Shown: positions 1 to 15,330 of the stretch, piece by piece | Position numbering within the stretch: position 1 is the stretch's first letter | Layout of the letters: each line of letters begins with the position of its first letter | Assembly (NCBI RefSeq): GCF_009914755.1 | Contig: NC_060932.1 | Length of the DNA: 64,000 nt | Reading direction: 5' to 3' (one strand) | From: the human T2T-CHM13v2.0 reference genome, Homo sapiens | Position numbers and translations under genes: made by a program | Notes under the pieces: model-generated | Databases searched by the model: none | Seen by the model: only the letters and a program-made list of their open reading frames with translations | Told to the model about the DNA's origin: nothing

Positions 1-1699
1 ACTCACTTTCCCTAATTGACAGTGAATTTTCTTCTCCAAACTTAATAACAAATAAAAGGATTATAAGGCAAAAAATATTTTACCAAATAGCTCTAGTTGT
101 ATTATTGTTGAAGGTATCTATTTCATTCTGTTTAACTTGATTTCTAAATTTGATGTACTTTACCTCTGTTGGGAAGATTCTGTATCTTCTAAGCACATCT
201 TCCATATCCTTTTATATAAAAATGGGCATTATTTGCTATAAAGAGAAGCCCAAAGCCACATACTGATGTTGCCATCTCAAAGATATTTATGTGACAGGCA
301 TGAGTTCTAGAGAAAGGCATGCACCTCAAGCTCAGGTGACTTGCCTGGAGTCAGCCTGCCTTTTCCAGGACTGGCAGAAATAGAGTCCATCCTGTTCAGT
401 CCTCCCTGCGTGAATCCTCTGCTCTCTTTCAGTATGACTCACAGGCTCTGGGAACACATCCCGAATTGCAGTATTGGGGCCTGGGTAGCTGCAAAATTCC
501 GTGGCTCAAGAATGAATTGCAACTAATGAGGAAAGGTGTCAACACAGCTGGGAAAGGGGTGAACTGAGGACAAACAAAACAGGCAAAAACATCCTCTTGC
601 CTGAAAAATGAAGCACAAGAAAATCAGGGGAAGTAATGTTTGATTGCATCCATTGCTCAGAGAGAAAACAGCAAAACAATTTAATTTTGATTTCTTCTGG
701 AGTCTTCTAACTAGGCATTTCCAGAGAAAAATAAATTGCTGATAAAAGTCACGGGGCCTTGGGTAAATCTGGAAAGCAAGAAGTCTGGGGAAGATGTGAT
801 TACTCTGACAGCAGAGATGAAAGATTTCAAAGTTCTGTGTGCGCCCAGGTTGACTAATTACTGATTTTGGATGGAGGTAGTTTGATTTGTTATATTTAGA
901 GGATATTTGGAAACCATGAGAATTTTAATAAGATACCTCATGCACGTGCAGCATTGCTGTGGTCCAATCCCTTTGAAATTGTTTGGACATATTTCAAAGA
1001 GACAACGAAGGAAAAATTAGATGTTAATTTCTAAATATGTGACATACTGTCTTTAGAACAGTGATTCTCAGACTTTAGTCATCCAGGCATTATTTTCCTG
1101 ATTTTTGCCAAATCCCAGAACCTGCTTGCTCTCAGCCATTTAATATTTTCTTAAGATTGTCTCATTTTACATTTTTACTTTAAAGCAAACTTTATAACAG
1201 TCACGTAAATGCCCTAAACAGAAAGTAAAGGTAAAAATAAGTACAATGGAAAATGTAACCTTATTTAATACGTGTGAAATACTGGTGTAGCAGAAAGCTC
1301 TGAGCCTGTTCTTGGTGAAGAAGAACTTTGTTAAAACCAAAGAGATTGTAGCAAATGTTAGAGAATCTGACAGCTACCAAGGTTCTAAACTGAGCCTTGG
1401 TCTTCTTGGTTTTATCAGAAGGATTGTAAGGGAATTGGAAGAGGAGCCACAACTTCTCTCTTACTGTGTGATTCAACGTTCACTGTTGCTCTGTGCTAGC
1501 AGCATTTCCTACCCTACCCTACACCTTAGAAAACATTGCTTTAGAACTGAGAAGACACTTGCCTTGTTGCTCCAGAAAAAAACAGGGGAGAATCAATGGA
1601 TGGACACTCCAAAAGGCACATTAGAGGTGAGCCTGAGTAAGCCATTCCTGGAGCAGCAGTAACCACTGAGAGGAAGAGGCAGCCTCAGAAAATCATGAG

Positions 1700-2300
<601 letters not shown>

Positions 2301-2329
2301 CATTTTATCAAAATGAAACAAAATAATGA

Positions 2330-2575
2330 GAGTCCAAAATAGGCAAATCCACGGAGACTGAAAGTAGATGAATATTGGTCGTCAGGGGCTGGTGGGGAAG
2401 GAGGAGTGACTGCGAGTGAGTATCAGGTTTCTTTTTGGGGCTGATGGAATGTTCTGGAACAGGAAAGCAGTCGTGATTGCATGGCCTCCCTGTGACTATA
2501 CTAAAAAATCGCTGAATTGTATACGTTAAGTTGGTAGATTTTAAGGAACGTGGATTATATCTCAATTAAAAAGTA
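2330..2575 (+). mobile_element. L1M (MB/MC/ME-like) 3' end fragment
   Basis: aaaataggcaaatcc...gaaagtagat...gaattgtatac...ttatatctcaattaaa, typical of an old L1 terminus. Confidence 0.65.
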
Positions 2576-4584
2576 ACGAGAGCTCTGTACTAAGATATTT
2601 GTGCCACTCTGTCAGAAAGAGTCAGAGAGATAACTTCTCCTTTGCCTTTGGAGGGAAGATTCCACACATAACACATCTACCAGGGACTACAGAATTCTTG
2701 AGTTGACCTCCTTATCAAGCTGTGCTTCATTAGCCAGTTCTTCATATTCTTTTCTTTCATAACACCACACTCTCTTGCTTCCTTGCCTGAGAAACTTTCC
2801 CCAAAGAGCTTTTTCCCAGGATTAAGAGCACATGCTCAGACTTTTCTCTTCAAATCCTGGCTATGCGACTTCTTACCTGTGTGGCCTCATATATAGTACC
2901 TAAGCTACCTTAGCTTCTTCCCCTGGAAAATGGGGATAAATAATAATAACTCAGAGGCTTTGCAGAGAAGTGATGACGTGACATGTGGCTTTCTTGGAAC
3001 TGTGCTTGCCCCTAGCACTCACACAATTAGGGATCATTATTACTGGGGCTTCTGTTCAACCTCCTGAATTCCTTTCTTACCGCTCCTTTCTTCTCATTCA
3101 CTTGTTTTCCATAAGTAGACTTCTTTATTCCAAAAAACTGTATTGCTTCTCAGATTGGCTTATGTATCAACTGTATTCCTTCTCAGATTGGCTTATGAAT
3201 TACTCCTGAACCCCCTTCTTATGTTTCCAAACCTCTACTGGTTATCTATTTCCCATAAGATATCTCAAATTCAACCCATAAGAAATACAATTCATTGTCT
3301 GTTTTGATGATCCTCAGCTGTTCTTTTCTGCCTTTTTAGAGCTAATGTGTATTAAGCAGAATACCAGCCCCTGGTATTCATAAGAGATATTAGAAGTGTG
3401 ACATTTTTCATGAATTATTGCATTTCATCCTCCCCATTCTATATGCTATTTTTTTTATTTTATATATAAGAAGTAGAGGATCAGAGAGGTTAGTTAATAA
3501 CTTGCCCAAGAACATTCAGGTGGGAAAAGCTGGTTCTAGGATTTGAATTCAGGTTCATCTAGTTCAAAAGCTCATTTTCCTTATCACTCTACCACACTAT
3601 CTTCCAGCCCTTGGTGACTTGCAGAATTTTTTATGCAGTCTCCCAAATTAAATACCTCAGTTTTCTTTGATTCTCCCACGTTCTCACTACTATATTCTAT
3701 CTATCACTAACCTGTCAATTCTACCTTGGAAAATATTCTTTAAGTCTCTTCCTTCCTCCCTATTTCCTGCCACTTCCTTAGGATACTGGTTGATTTTAAT
3801 TGCCTCAGAGCTCCCATCCAATCCTCAATTGTGCTACTGCAAAGATAACTTGAAAATTCCAAATCTGATTGCATCATCACCCTGCTTAAGAGAATCAAAA
3901 AATATTCTTGATTGATTAGATAAAACCCCAAATCCTCAATATGGCATAAAAGGTTCTTCAAATATCTACAATTAATATTTCTGGCCTCACCCCCCACATC
4001 CCTGCTCTTTCCCCTCTCCTCTTCCTGCTTTTACACTCTTGTTATTGTGGAAAACTAGAATCACTCAATTTAAGTAATCCTTTGATCATATTAAGAACTG
4101 TTTCTTCATTTAACAAGCACTTATTGCATTCTTAAAACTAATCTAGTATTACATGCACACACACACACACACAGGAATATATGTAAAAATTGGTGGAATC
4201 TTCATGGCATTGTGCCAACGTCCATTTCCTGGTTTTGATAATGTGCTATAGCTGTATAAGTAGTTATCAGTGGGCAAAGCTGGGTGAAGCATACACTGAC
4301 CCTCTCTATACTATTTTTTGTAACATTTTGTGAATCAAAGTTACTGAAAATTAAAAAAAAATGCTACGTGTGTCTTCTGTCTAGGAAGCAGATTAAGAAA
4401 AATCATAGCCATGTAATTATTATACACTTAAGTTAATAGATTATTGCATTATACGACTCCTCTAGCTTGCTCTTTCGGCCTGCACTATGAGGGACATGAT
4501 GGATTTCTCCTTGAAAAGGAAAACAAAGCCCTTCCGGGCAGCAGAGCAGAGTCTGGACTTTTAAATCAGATAGACCTCGGTTGA

Positions 4585-4903
<319 letters not shown>

Positions 4904-5074
4904 CCAACTCTGCTGTTTATAAGCTAAATTAACTTGGGCGAGTTCCTTAACCCTGAACTTCAGTTTTATCATAATTATAATAAATATGATAATATGACCT
5001 ACTTCTTATGAGTTTTGGGGATATTTAAACAAGATAATGTATGTAAACAAGCTAATATATTTTAAAAAGACAAA

Positions 5075-5885
5075 ATGTGAAGTGCTCAGCATGGAATAAG
5101 CACCCTTGACTTCTCTTTTTCTCTCACAGCCACGTAGGCAAATCTTGTTGAGTCTACCTGTAAGACGAATCTGGAATCCTACTTCTCATCACCATTCTGC
5201 TATCATCTCAGTTCAAGCTGCCATTATCTCCCACCTGAATCACTCCAATAGCCTCTTAACGTGTTTCTTGCTTCTGCTCCTAATAGCGGACATCTAATCT
5301 GAACTCAGCAGCTGGAATAATCCTTTTAACATGTAAATTGAAACAAGTTATTCCTCAGCTCAGAATCCTCCAGTGGTTTGCCCTCCACTCAGAGTATGAA
5401 AACAAAGCCTTTGAAATGACCCCACAGCTCCCCTTGTTCTTTCCCACTTGCATTCCTGACACACCTTTCAGTCTTTTCCCTACTATCCCCCCTCACTCAC
5501 TCAGCCCAGTGCAGGCTCTGAGACTAGAACTTGTACACCAGCATTTCACTTGCCTGGATTGTTCCTCCCCCAGATATCCACAGAGCTGTTTTGCTTTTGC
5601 TTTTAAGCCAATGCTCAAAAGTTCTTCTCAATGAGGCCTTCTCTAACCATTTTATTTACATTTGCAATCCCCATCACTTCCCCTTTTCTTGTTTCCCATA
5701 CCACTCACCACTTATTAACATGCTACATAATTTATTTATTGTCTATCTCCCCCAGTAGAAATGCAAGTTCCACAAGAGCAAGTCATTTTGTCCATTTTAT
5801 TCACCACTATGTCCATTGTGTAGGATAATGCCTGGAACATCATTGGCCCTCAATAAAATCTTCCAAATGAATTCATAAATGAATT
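5075..5885 (+). mobile_element. L2 3' region
   Basis: L2-type text ending tgcctggaacat...caataaa...aatgaat. Boundaries approximate. Confidence 0.65.
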
Positions 5886-6375
5886 ACAGCAGAGTGAGTG
5901 ACATAAGTAAAGCCACAGATGTGTGGAAGAGCAGGATCCATTCAGGAAACTGAAAGATCAGTGTGATCTGTGTCAATTGCATGTAAGGGAAAGGACAACG
6001 GTGGAGTTGAAGACGCGACCAGCCACACGGACCTTTGAAAAGTGCCATTGCACAGGGCTTCTTGCTCCCGAGGGCCTTTTTCTTGGTTTAACAGTTTTTC
6101 TTGGTTGACACTTGAGATTCTTAAGCATTTTTGAACAGGGGGCCCTGTATTTTATTCTGCACTGAGCCTGAAAATTATGCAGCCAGTTTGGGTTGGAGAA
6201 GTAGGAAATATTCAAAAGGCCTTGCATGCTGTGTTAAGGAATGATGACAACGCCACATTTATGCCTTAAAAAGGTTAGCCTCACAGCAGTTTGGAAGATA
6301 GAATGGGGAAGCTGGGAATATCATCCTAGCTCATCTCTGCCTAGCCATCCTATTCATCCTTTAAGACCCACTCAG

Positions 6376-7698
6376 GGCTGGGCATGGTGGCTCACACCTG
6401 TAATCCCAGCACTTTGGGAGGCTGAGGCGGGTGGATCACGAGGTCAGGAGATCAAGACCATCCTGGCCCACATGGTGAAACCCTGTCTGTACTAAAAATA
6501 CAAAAGTTAGCTGGGTGTGGTGGCGCGTGCCTGTAATCCCAGCTACTCGGGAGGCTGAGGGAGAAGAATTGCTTGAACCAGGGAGTCGGAGGTTGCAGTG
6601 TGTAGGGTCCAGCCCCACAGGGTCGGTGGGTCTCTCCCCGTGTGTGGTGACGAGAGAGTGTAGAAATAAAGACACAAGACAAAGAGATAAAAGAAAAGAC
6701 ACCTGGGCCCGGGGGACCACTACCACCAATGCGCAGAGACCAGTAGTGGCCCCGAATGTCTGGCTGTGCTGTTATTTATTGGATACAAAGCAAAAGGGGC
6801 AGGGTAAAGAGTGTGAGTCATCTCCAATGATAGGTAAGGTCACGTGGGTCACGTGTCCACTGGACAGGGGGCCCTTCCCTGCCTGGCAGCCGAGGCAGAG
6901 AGAGAGAGGTGACAAAGAGAAAGACAGCTTACGCCATTATTTCTGCATATCAGAGACTTTTAGTACCTTCACTAATTTACTACTGCTATCTAGAAGGCAG
7001 AGCCAGGTGTACAGGATGGAACATGAAGGCGGACTAGGAGCGTGACCACTGAAGCACAGCATCACAGGGAGACGGTTAGGCCTCTGGATAACTGTGGGCG
7101 AGCCTGACTGATGTCAGGCCCTCCACAAGAGGTGGAGGAGCAGAGTCTTCTCTAAACTCCCCGGGGGAAAAGGAGACTCCCTTTCCCGGTCTGCTATGTA
7201 GCGGGTGTTGTTCCTTGACACTTTTTGCTACCGCTAAACCTCGGTCCACCTGGCAACGGGCGTCTTCCCAGACGCTGGCGTCACCACTAGACCAAGGAGC
7301 CCTTCTGGTGGCCCTGTCTGGGCATAACAGAAGGCTCGCACTCTTGTCTTCTGGACACTCCTCACTGTGTCCTCTCAGCTCCTATCTCTGTATGGCCTGG
7401 TTTTTCCTAGGTTATGACTATAGAGCAAGGATTATTATAATATTGGAATAAAGAGTAATTGCTACAAACCAATGATTAATGATATTCATATATAATCATA
7501 TCTAAGATCTATATCTGGTATAACTATTTTTGTTTTATATTTTATTATACTGGAACAGCTTGTGTCCTCGGTCTCTTGCCTCGGCGCCTGGATGGCTTGC
7601 CGCCCACACAGTGAGCCAAGATCGCGCCACTGCACTCCAGCCTGGGTGACAGAGCGAGACTCTGTCTAGAAAAACAAACCAAAACAACAACAAAAAAA
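6376..7698 (+). mobile_element. AluSc-like element split by an LTR insertion (6376-6600 and 7609-7698)
   Basis: Alu text stops at ggttgcagtg (6600) and resumes cagtgagccaagatcgcgcc at 7609. Confidence 0.93.
6601..7608 (-). mobile_element. LTR13 solo LTR (ERVK / HERV-K13 group), 1008 bp
   Basis: Minus strand reads TGTGGGCGGCAAGCC...GGGCTGGACCCTACA (TG...CA), matching the LTR13 consensus as I recall it. 5-bp TSD CAGTG at 6596-6600 and 7609-7613. AATAAA on the minus strand at 6775-6780. Confidence 0.9.
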
Positions 7699-8077
7699 CA
7701 CTCCGATGTTGTCTCCCTCTGAAGCCCTCCCAGCTACCTCTAGGTACAGCTAACACTGCCTCCTCTGCTTAAACTTCTGACATTCTCTCCACATACTACT
7801 CTTAAATCTCTCATGCTGTTTCAGGCATTATACTCAAATTATTTGCAAATGTATTTATCTACCTGTTTTAAACCAGGAATTTCTCAAGGTTAGGGTCATG
7901 TCTTACTTAGCTTGGAAGAGTGTTGTGTTTAGTACAGTGGCTGGCACATAGCACATACTCAGTGAGTTTGATGAGTGAATGAATAAATGAAAGAATGACT
8001 GTTAAATGAGTATATAACATATCGAAGTAGACCTGCAAACCCATTTTTAGTTCAGGCCCATTTGTTGATGAGTGACA

Positions 8078-8431
8078 TGTATTAGTCCGTTTTCAGGCTG
8101 CTGATAAAGACATACCCAAGACTGGGCAATTTACGAAAGAAAGAGGTTTAATGGACTTACAGTTCCACATGGCTAGGAAAGCCTCACAGTCATGGTGGAA
8201 GGCAAGGAGGATCAAATCACGTCTTACATGGATGGCAGCAGGGAAAGAGAGAGCTCGTGCAGGGAAACTTCCCCTGATAGAATCATCAGATCTTGTGAGA
8301 CGTATTCACTATCACGAAAACAGCACAGGAAAGACCTGCCCCCATGATTCAATTACCTCCCACCAGGCCCCTCCCACAACATGTGGGATTTCAAGATGAG
8401 ATTTGGGTGGGGACACAGCCAAACCGTATCA
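8078..8431 (-). mobile_element. THE1-family MaLR solo LTR
   Basis: Minus strand starts TGATACGGTTTGGCTGTGTCCCCACCCAAATCTC and ends GGACTAATACA. 5-bp TSD TGACA at 8073-8077 and 8432-8436. Confidence 0.92.
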
Positions 8432-9624
8432 TGACACATGCTCAAATTTCCCCTCTTGTTGATAGGAGGAGGAGAAAGGGGAAGAAGAGGCCGCAGGGAC
8501 TCACTCAATCTTCTCATTTGCTTTCACCCTCCTTCACCTCTCCCTTTCCCTTCCCAGCAGACATCAAAGTCTTCTATAGGCCATTCCTTTATTTCCTTAC
8601 CTCTCATTCTCTCTTCATTGTACTCCTGGTTCTCTTCTGCCACTTTCACTCCACTACCAGTCACCCCCAGGCAAATGAATCTGTTGAACACTCAGTCCTC
8701 ATCCTATTTACCTTTCTAGCATGATTTGCCATTGCTGAGTACTCCCACCTTTTATACTACTATTATCCCAGGAATTTCATTACACAGCACTCTCTTGTTT
8801 TTCCACTCACCTCCATGAATGCTTCCTTCCTAATCTCTTTTGCAGGTTAATCCTGTCCTATTCACTTATTCAATGTTTGAGTTCACAACATTCCATTTTA
8901 GGCTCCCTCTTTGGAAAACTGTATATCCTCTTTCTAATCCATCTCATCCACTGCAAGGCCTCAGTAACCACCTAGACTGATATGACTCCCAGATGTATAA
9001 CTTTAACTCAGATTCCTCCTCTGAGCTCTGGATTGCAAATACCAACACCATCTTGACATTGTCTCTTGGATGTCCCAAAGAAACTTAAACTCACTGTGTT
9101 TCAAACCATGCATGCTATCTTCCCCCACCAAGCACGTCTACTCACTAGGCAACTCACACTCCAGACTTTTTTGTCTCCTCAGCACAGAATGTTCTTACCT
9201 TTCCCCTTCACCCAGCAAAATCCTCTCTCATTGTCTAGCACTGATCTCCATTGCCAGTTCCACATGGAAGCTTTTCTTAAGTTTCCAAATGAGTCGAATT
9301 CCCCATTATATCATATAATTTTTTTTCATGGCACCTACCACAATCATTATGTCATGTTTGTGTACTTATTTAACAAAGAGCTGAACCACAGTCCCTGCTC
9401 CAGTAAACCATAAGGCCCGAGAAGACAGGGGTTATTACATTGTTTATATTCATCTTTCTATCCCCTGACCTACCACAGTGCCTGGAAAATGGTAAGTGTC
9501 CAATAAATATCTGTTGTTTCCATTCTAGTAATAAAAATAATTATAACTACAACTTACTGAGCACCAGACATTGAACTATGACTGATATTCATTGTCCCAT
9601 TTCATCTTTAAAATATACTTTGAG

Positions 9625-11491
9625 AATCAACGTACAGAAATCAGTAGTCAATTCTGTACCCTAATAACATTGTGTACACTGACAACATTCAAGCTGAGAG
9701 CCAAATCAAGAATGCAATCCCATTTACAATAGCCACAAAAAATAATATAACTGGGAATACCTCTAACCAAGGACATAAAAGATCTCAACAAGAAGAACTA
9801 CAAAGAACTGCTTAAAGAAATTATAAGTGACACAAATAAATGGAAAAACATCTCATGCTCATGGATTGGAAGAATCAATATCACAAAAATGGCCATATTG
9901 CCTAAAGCAATCTACAAATTCAAACTATTCCTATCAAACCATCAATATTATTTTTCACAGGGTTGGAAAAACTATTTAAATTTCGTGTGGTACCAAAAAA
10001 GAATTTGAATAGCCAAAGCAATTCTAAGCAAAAAGAACAAAGCCAGAGGCATCATACTACCCAACTTCAAAATATACCATAAGGCAATAGTAACCAAAAC
10101 AGCATGGTACTGGTACAAAAACAAATTCATAGACCCACGAAATGGAATAGAGAACCCAGAAGTAAAGCTTCACACATACAGCCATCTAATCTTTGACAAA
10201 GTTGACAAAAAATAGCAATAGGGAAAGGACTCTCTATCCAATAAATGGAGCTGGGATAGCTATATGCAGAAGAATAAAACTGGACCTCTACCTTTCACCA
10301 TATACAAAAATTAACTCAAGATGGATTAAAGATTTCAATGTAAGACCTCCCTTAACCTATAAGAATCCTAGAAGAAAACCTAGGCAACACCATTCTGGAC
10401 ATCAGCCTTGGAAAATAATTTATGAATAAGTCCTCAAAAGCAATTGCAACAAAAACAAAAATTGACAAATAGAACCTAATTAAACTAAAGAACTTCTGCA
10501 CAACAAAAGAAACTATCAACAAGAGTAAATATACAACCTACAGAATGGTAGAAATATGCACAAACTATGAATCTAACAGAGGTCTAATATGTAGAACCTA
10601 TAAGGAGTTTAAACAATTGAATAAGCAAAAACCAAATAATCCCATATAAAAATGGGCAAAAGATTTGAACAGACACTTCACAAAAGAAGACATACATGCA
10701 GCAACAAATGTATTAAAAAATGTTCATCATCACTAATCATAGAAATGCAAATCAAAAGCACAATGAGACACTATATCACACATCAGTCAGAATGGCGACT
10801 ATTAAAAAGTCAAAAAACAACAGATGTTGATGAGGCTGCAGAGAAAAGGGAATGCTTATACATTGTTGGTGGGAATGTAAATTATTTCAACCACTGTGGA
10901 AAGCAGTTTGGAAATTTCTCAAAGATCTTAGAACCACGATTTCATCCAGCAATCCCATTACTATGTATATATCCAAAAGGAAACAAATCATTATACCAAA
11001 ACAACTCATACACTCACATTTTCAGGAGCACTATTCACAATAACAAAGACAAAGAATCAACCTAGGTTTCCATCAATATTGAATTGAATGAAGAAAATGG
11101 TACATATACACCATGGAATACTACACAGCCATTAAAAATAATGAAATCATGCCCTTTGCAGCAACATGGCTGCAGCTAGAAGCCATTATCCTAAGCAAAT
11201 TAACACAGGAAGAGAAAACCAAATAACCTATGTTCTTACCTATAAGTGGGAGTTAAACAGTGGATATTCATGAATATAAAGATGGCAACAATAGATACTG
11301 GGGCTACTAGATGGGGGAGAGAGAGAAGGGGGCAAGGGTTGAACAACTAACTGTTGGGTACTATGCTTAGTACCTGGGTGATGGGATCATTCATAACCCA
11401 AACCTCAACATCACATAATATACCCAAGTAACAAACCTGCACATGTACCTCCTGATTCTAAAATAAAAGTTGAAAAAGAAAAATAAATTTT
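9625..11491 (+). mobile_element. 5'-truncated L1 (L1PA15/16-like): ORF2 3' part plus 3'UTR, inserted in a MIR
   Basis: Broken ORF2p peptides ([14 protein letters not shown]; HCWWECKLFQPLWKAVW), an L1P 3'UTR and A-rich tail. Degenerate TSD aaaatata(tg)ctttgag at 9610-9624 and 11492-11508. Confidence 0.92.
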
Positions 11492-11519
11492 AAAATATAT
11501 GCTTTGAGTTCCCATCACT

Positions 11520-11706
11520 GTGTTTATATACATGTATATACACATATTTACCTGTATTAATATTAATGTTATTACACAATATGTATATATTATATGTATT
11601 GAATATATATTATATTTCAACAGTTATGTGTTTATATACATACACACAAATACACACACACACATATATATACATATATATATACATATATATGTATATA
11701 TATATG
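11520..11706. repeat. (TA)/(CA)-rich simple repeat
   Basis: Runs of tatata and cacaca. Confidence 0.85.
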
Positions 11707-12128
11707 GTTTTATGAAGAAATTGAAACTCAGCAAAGTTAAGTACTATCCAAGTGTACTCATACTGGGACTTGAACCCTGACTCCAGTACATTTTTTCCAA
11801 TGCAGGTCTTCTAAATCTGACTCTAGTATCCTTTCTCCACCAATATCCCTTACAGAAAAAATACAGTGGAGATGTGCAAATATTTTCCCAGCATTATCAA
11901 CTTAATAATTTACACATTTACATTAGGCTATTTTGCATGACATAGACACATATGTGTTTTGATCACACATGTAATATAGAGAGAACTTTAAGTGAATTTT
12001 AAAAATGTGGCCCATCTCTCCATCAAAATGACTGTCATCCCTGGAACTGACATTGGTTGAGGACCACAGGGTTACCACTGCCCACTTGGAGATAAAATTT
12101 TACTATGGAAAGGAGGACTCAAACTCAC

Positions 12129-12301
12129 CATTTCCATTGCAATGGTCTGTGTCCAACCTCCTGGTCCCCTTCAACCAGTTGTCTTCACTTGGAGAAGAGT
12201 TGATGTCACCAAAGATACTTCCATGCAGCCAAGATTTGGAGGTACTGAGGTTGAAGAGAGAAGAAAAGGAATGGCAGATTCTCTTTTTCTTTCTAAATAT
12301 C
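12129..12301 (-). CDS. TMEM71: TMEM71 exon 5 (173 nt), IFRKKKRICHS...DHCNGN
   Basis: Lies within ORF 12103..12330. Acceptor tttctctctag|GATATT and donor AATG|gtgagt. Frame continues from exon 4. Confidence 0.95.
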
Positions 12302-12554
12302 CTAGAGAGAAATGAAAGCATGGTGAACAACGAATAATAGTTACCTTTAGTTCAAAACTGTGATTTGAAGCGCAGAGTACATTTCTACAACCCAAGTCTG
12401 CTCACTGCATTAATTCTACAAAAGTTTCTCAAAATTCTACTGTGTGCCAGGTCCTTGGCTCAATGTCAAGAGTACTGAGGTAAAAGACAAAACTTTGTGT
12501 GTGAAAAGTTCACAATGTATTATAGGAGAAAGAAAGAAATAATAATGCACATAT

Positions 12555-12805
12555 AGGTAATGCTTTCCTAGAGTTTATTCTATGCCTTGCATCTTTCTTA
12601 GTGCTTTACATAGATTAACTCACATTATCTTCAGAACAACTGTATGAAATAGATACTATTATTATCCCATTTTTCTGATCAGGAAACTTAGGCACAGATA
12701 GGTTAAGTCACTTGGCTGAGGTCATGCAGCTAGTAAGTAACATAGTTGGGATGCAATCCCAGAGAGTCTGCCTCCACGGTCTTTGCTTTTGATCGCTATG
12801 CTATA
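12555..12805 (-). mobile_element. MIR
   Basis: MIR core attatcccatttt...aggaaacttaggcacagataggttaagtcacttgg. Confidence 0.8.
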
Positions 12806-13467
12806 TAGGGGATAAGTGCTCTGAAAGGATTACCTAGAGGCTGCTGTGAGGGCACCAGGAGTGGCAGTGCTAATTGATAATCAAGGGAGTTTTTCTGGGA
12901 GAAGTGAGTTCTAAGCTGCATCAGATGATCTGACCTGTTTATTGAGGAACCAGTAAGTCTGATTAGGTCATGCCAAGAAATGAAGCTGGAGAGGTAAAAG
13001 GAAGGTAAGTAATGATGAACTTCTTATATGCTACAAGGGAGTTGGAATTTAGTGTTGGAACAATGGGAGACCTCTAAAGCATGGCTACAGGGAAGAGATT
13101 AGTGATGACATAATTCGGTTTGCACTTCCAAAATTGTTGGTAGCAGAGGGTGGCTCAGAGGTACAAGATTGAGGTCAGAGGGGTTAATCGAAGTGCACAG
13201 GGGATTCACTGTTGCGTATCTGCCTGTGATGTGTCAAGCCCTGTGCTGAGCACACTGTACTGGCAAAAAATACTGAGGGCCTGAACCAAAGGTAATGCAA
13301 GGTTGAGTGGGACAGCTTTCCCATCACAGGCAAGGTGGGCATGGAACAGTTTTCCCATCACAAAATTCTGCTCTTTAGCTATAGCTGCTATCAGAAGATG
13401 CATTTTGAATTGTGCTTTCCCTTGGTGGTTAAGATGAATTACAACAAGCCTTGTGTGTTCTTTATCC

Positions 13468-13682
13468 TGATGGTTCTCAACCAGGTTGATTTTGGCTGCA
13501 GGGAACATCTGGCAGGTTTTGGAGACATTTTGTTAATGTTACACCAGGGAAGGAGTGCTCCTGGCAGATGGTGAGAAGAGGCTAGAGATGCCATTAAACA
13601 TCCTACAATGCACAGGGCAGTTGCCCACAACAAATAATTATCTGGTACAAAATGTGAATAGTGCTACTGTTGAGAAAATCTG
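13468..13682 (+). mobile_element. MER20 (hAT-Charlie non-autonomous element)
   Basis: tggttctcaacc...ggagacatttt...aaacatcctacaatgcacagg...gttgagaaa, matching MER20. Confidence 0.85.
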
Positions 13683-14549
13683 CTTTATTTGAACTCTCTC
13701 TGTCATAGGTTTCAGGAACAACAAGTTGAGAAAAATGGTAGAGTTCATGACAATGGAACACATTCTTGTGAAAATGAACCAAATTTTAAAGATTCTTGTA
13801 GGCTCTAAGATGAGATCAATTAAAATTGAATAAAAAGGAATTAGTAATTTTTATTCATTTATTATCATATTCATTAATTCACTAAACAACTCCTTATTAA
13901 GTATGTATTATGGGATGGGCACTCATCAAATTTGAGAACAAAAAGTATGGATGAGACATCTTTAACATCAAGAATATCTATATAACAAGGGCTAGAGTTA
14001 AAAGTGGTGTTTCAAAACTGATTCGCTAAAGTCAGACCATCTGAGCTGGAATCCTATTTCCACCTAATAGCCCTGTGAGCTTGGGAAAATTACTCAACCT
14101 CTCTGAACTCATGTTTCACCTTTGTGAAATGGGAATGGCAGTAATAAAATCTATGTCATAAGATTCCAGAGCAGGAGTTTGGAATCAAATGGTAGTATAT
14201 ATCCAAAACAGTTGAGATAGTCCCTAGCACACAGAAAGCAATCAATAAATTTATTTTATTTTTTTATAGCAAATATTGGCAGTTATGTAAGGTGAAATGA
14301 GAAGAAAGAAAATGGAGTAAGACTTTCCTGAAGGAGGGTGCCTAACCAATGTAAGAAAACCACCTTGCAATAGCCTGGCCTGGGGAATGTACTGGAAGGT
14401 AGGTAATCCAGGAGGCATCAGAATCAACCATGGCTGAAATCTAAACAGGAGGTGATGGTGGCCTGAATGAAGAAAATAGCTATGGGAAGAAAGACAAGAG
14501 GAACAATTCAAAATAATTTTAGGAAGTAGATTCATTTGGTCTTCACATT

Positions 14550-15330
<781 letters not shown>

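Noticed and set aside
6436-7756. 176-aa and neighbouring ORFs across the Alu/LTR13 junction
   Set aside because: Chance frames in repeat sequence. It is a solo LTR with no gag/pol/env.
10193-11065. ORFs resembling a reverse-transcriptase protein C-terminus
   Set aside because: Frameshifted fragments of L1 ORF2 in a 5'-truncated dead copy, not a gene.
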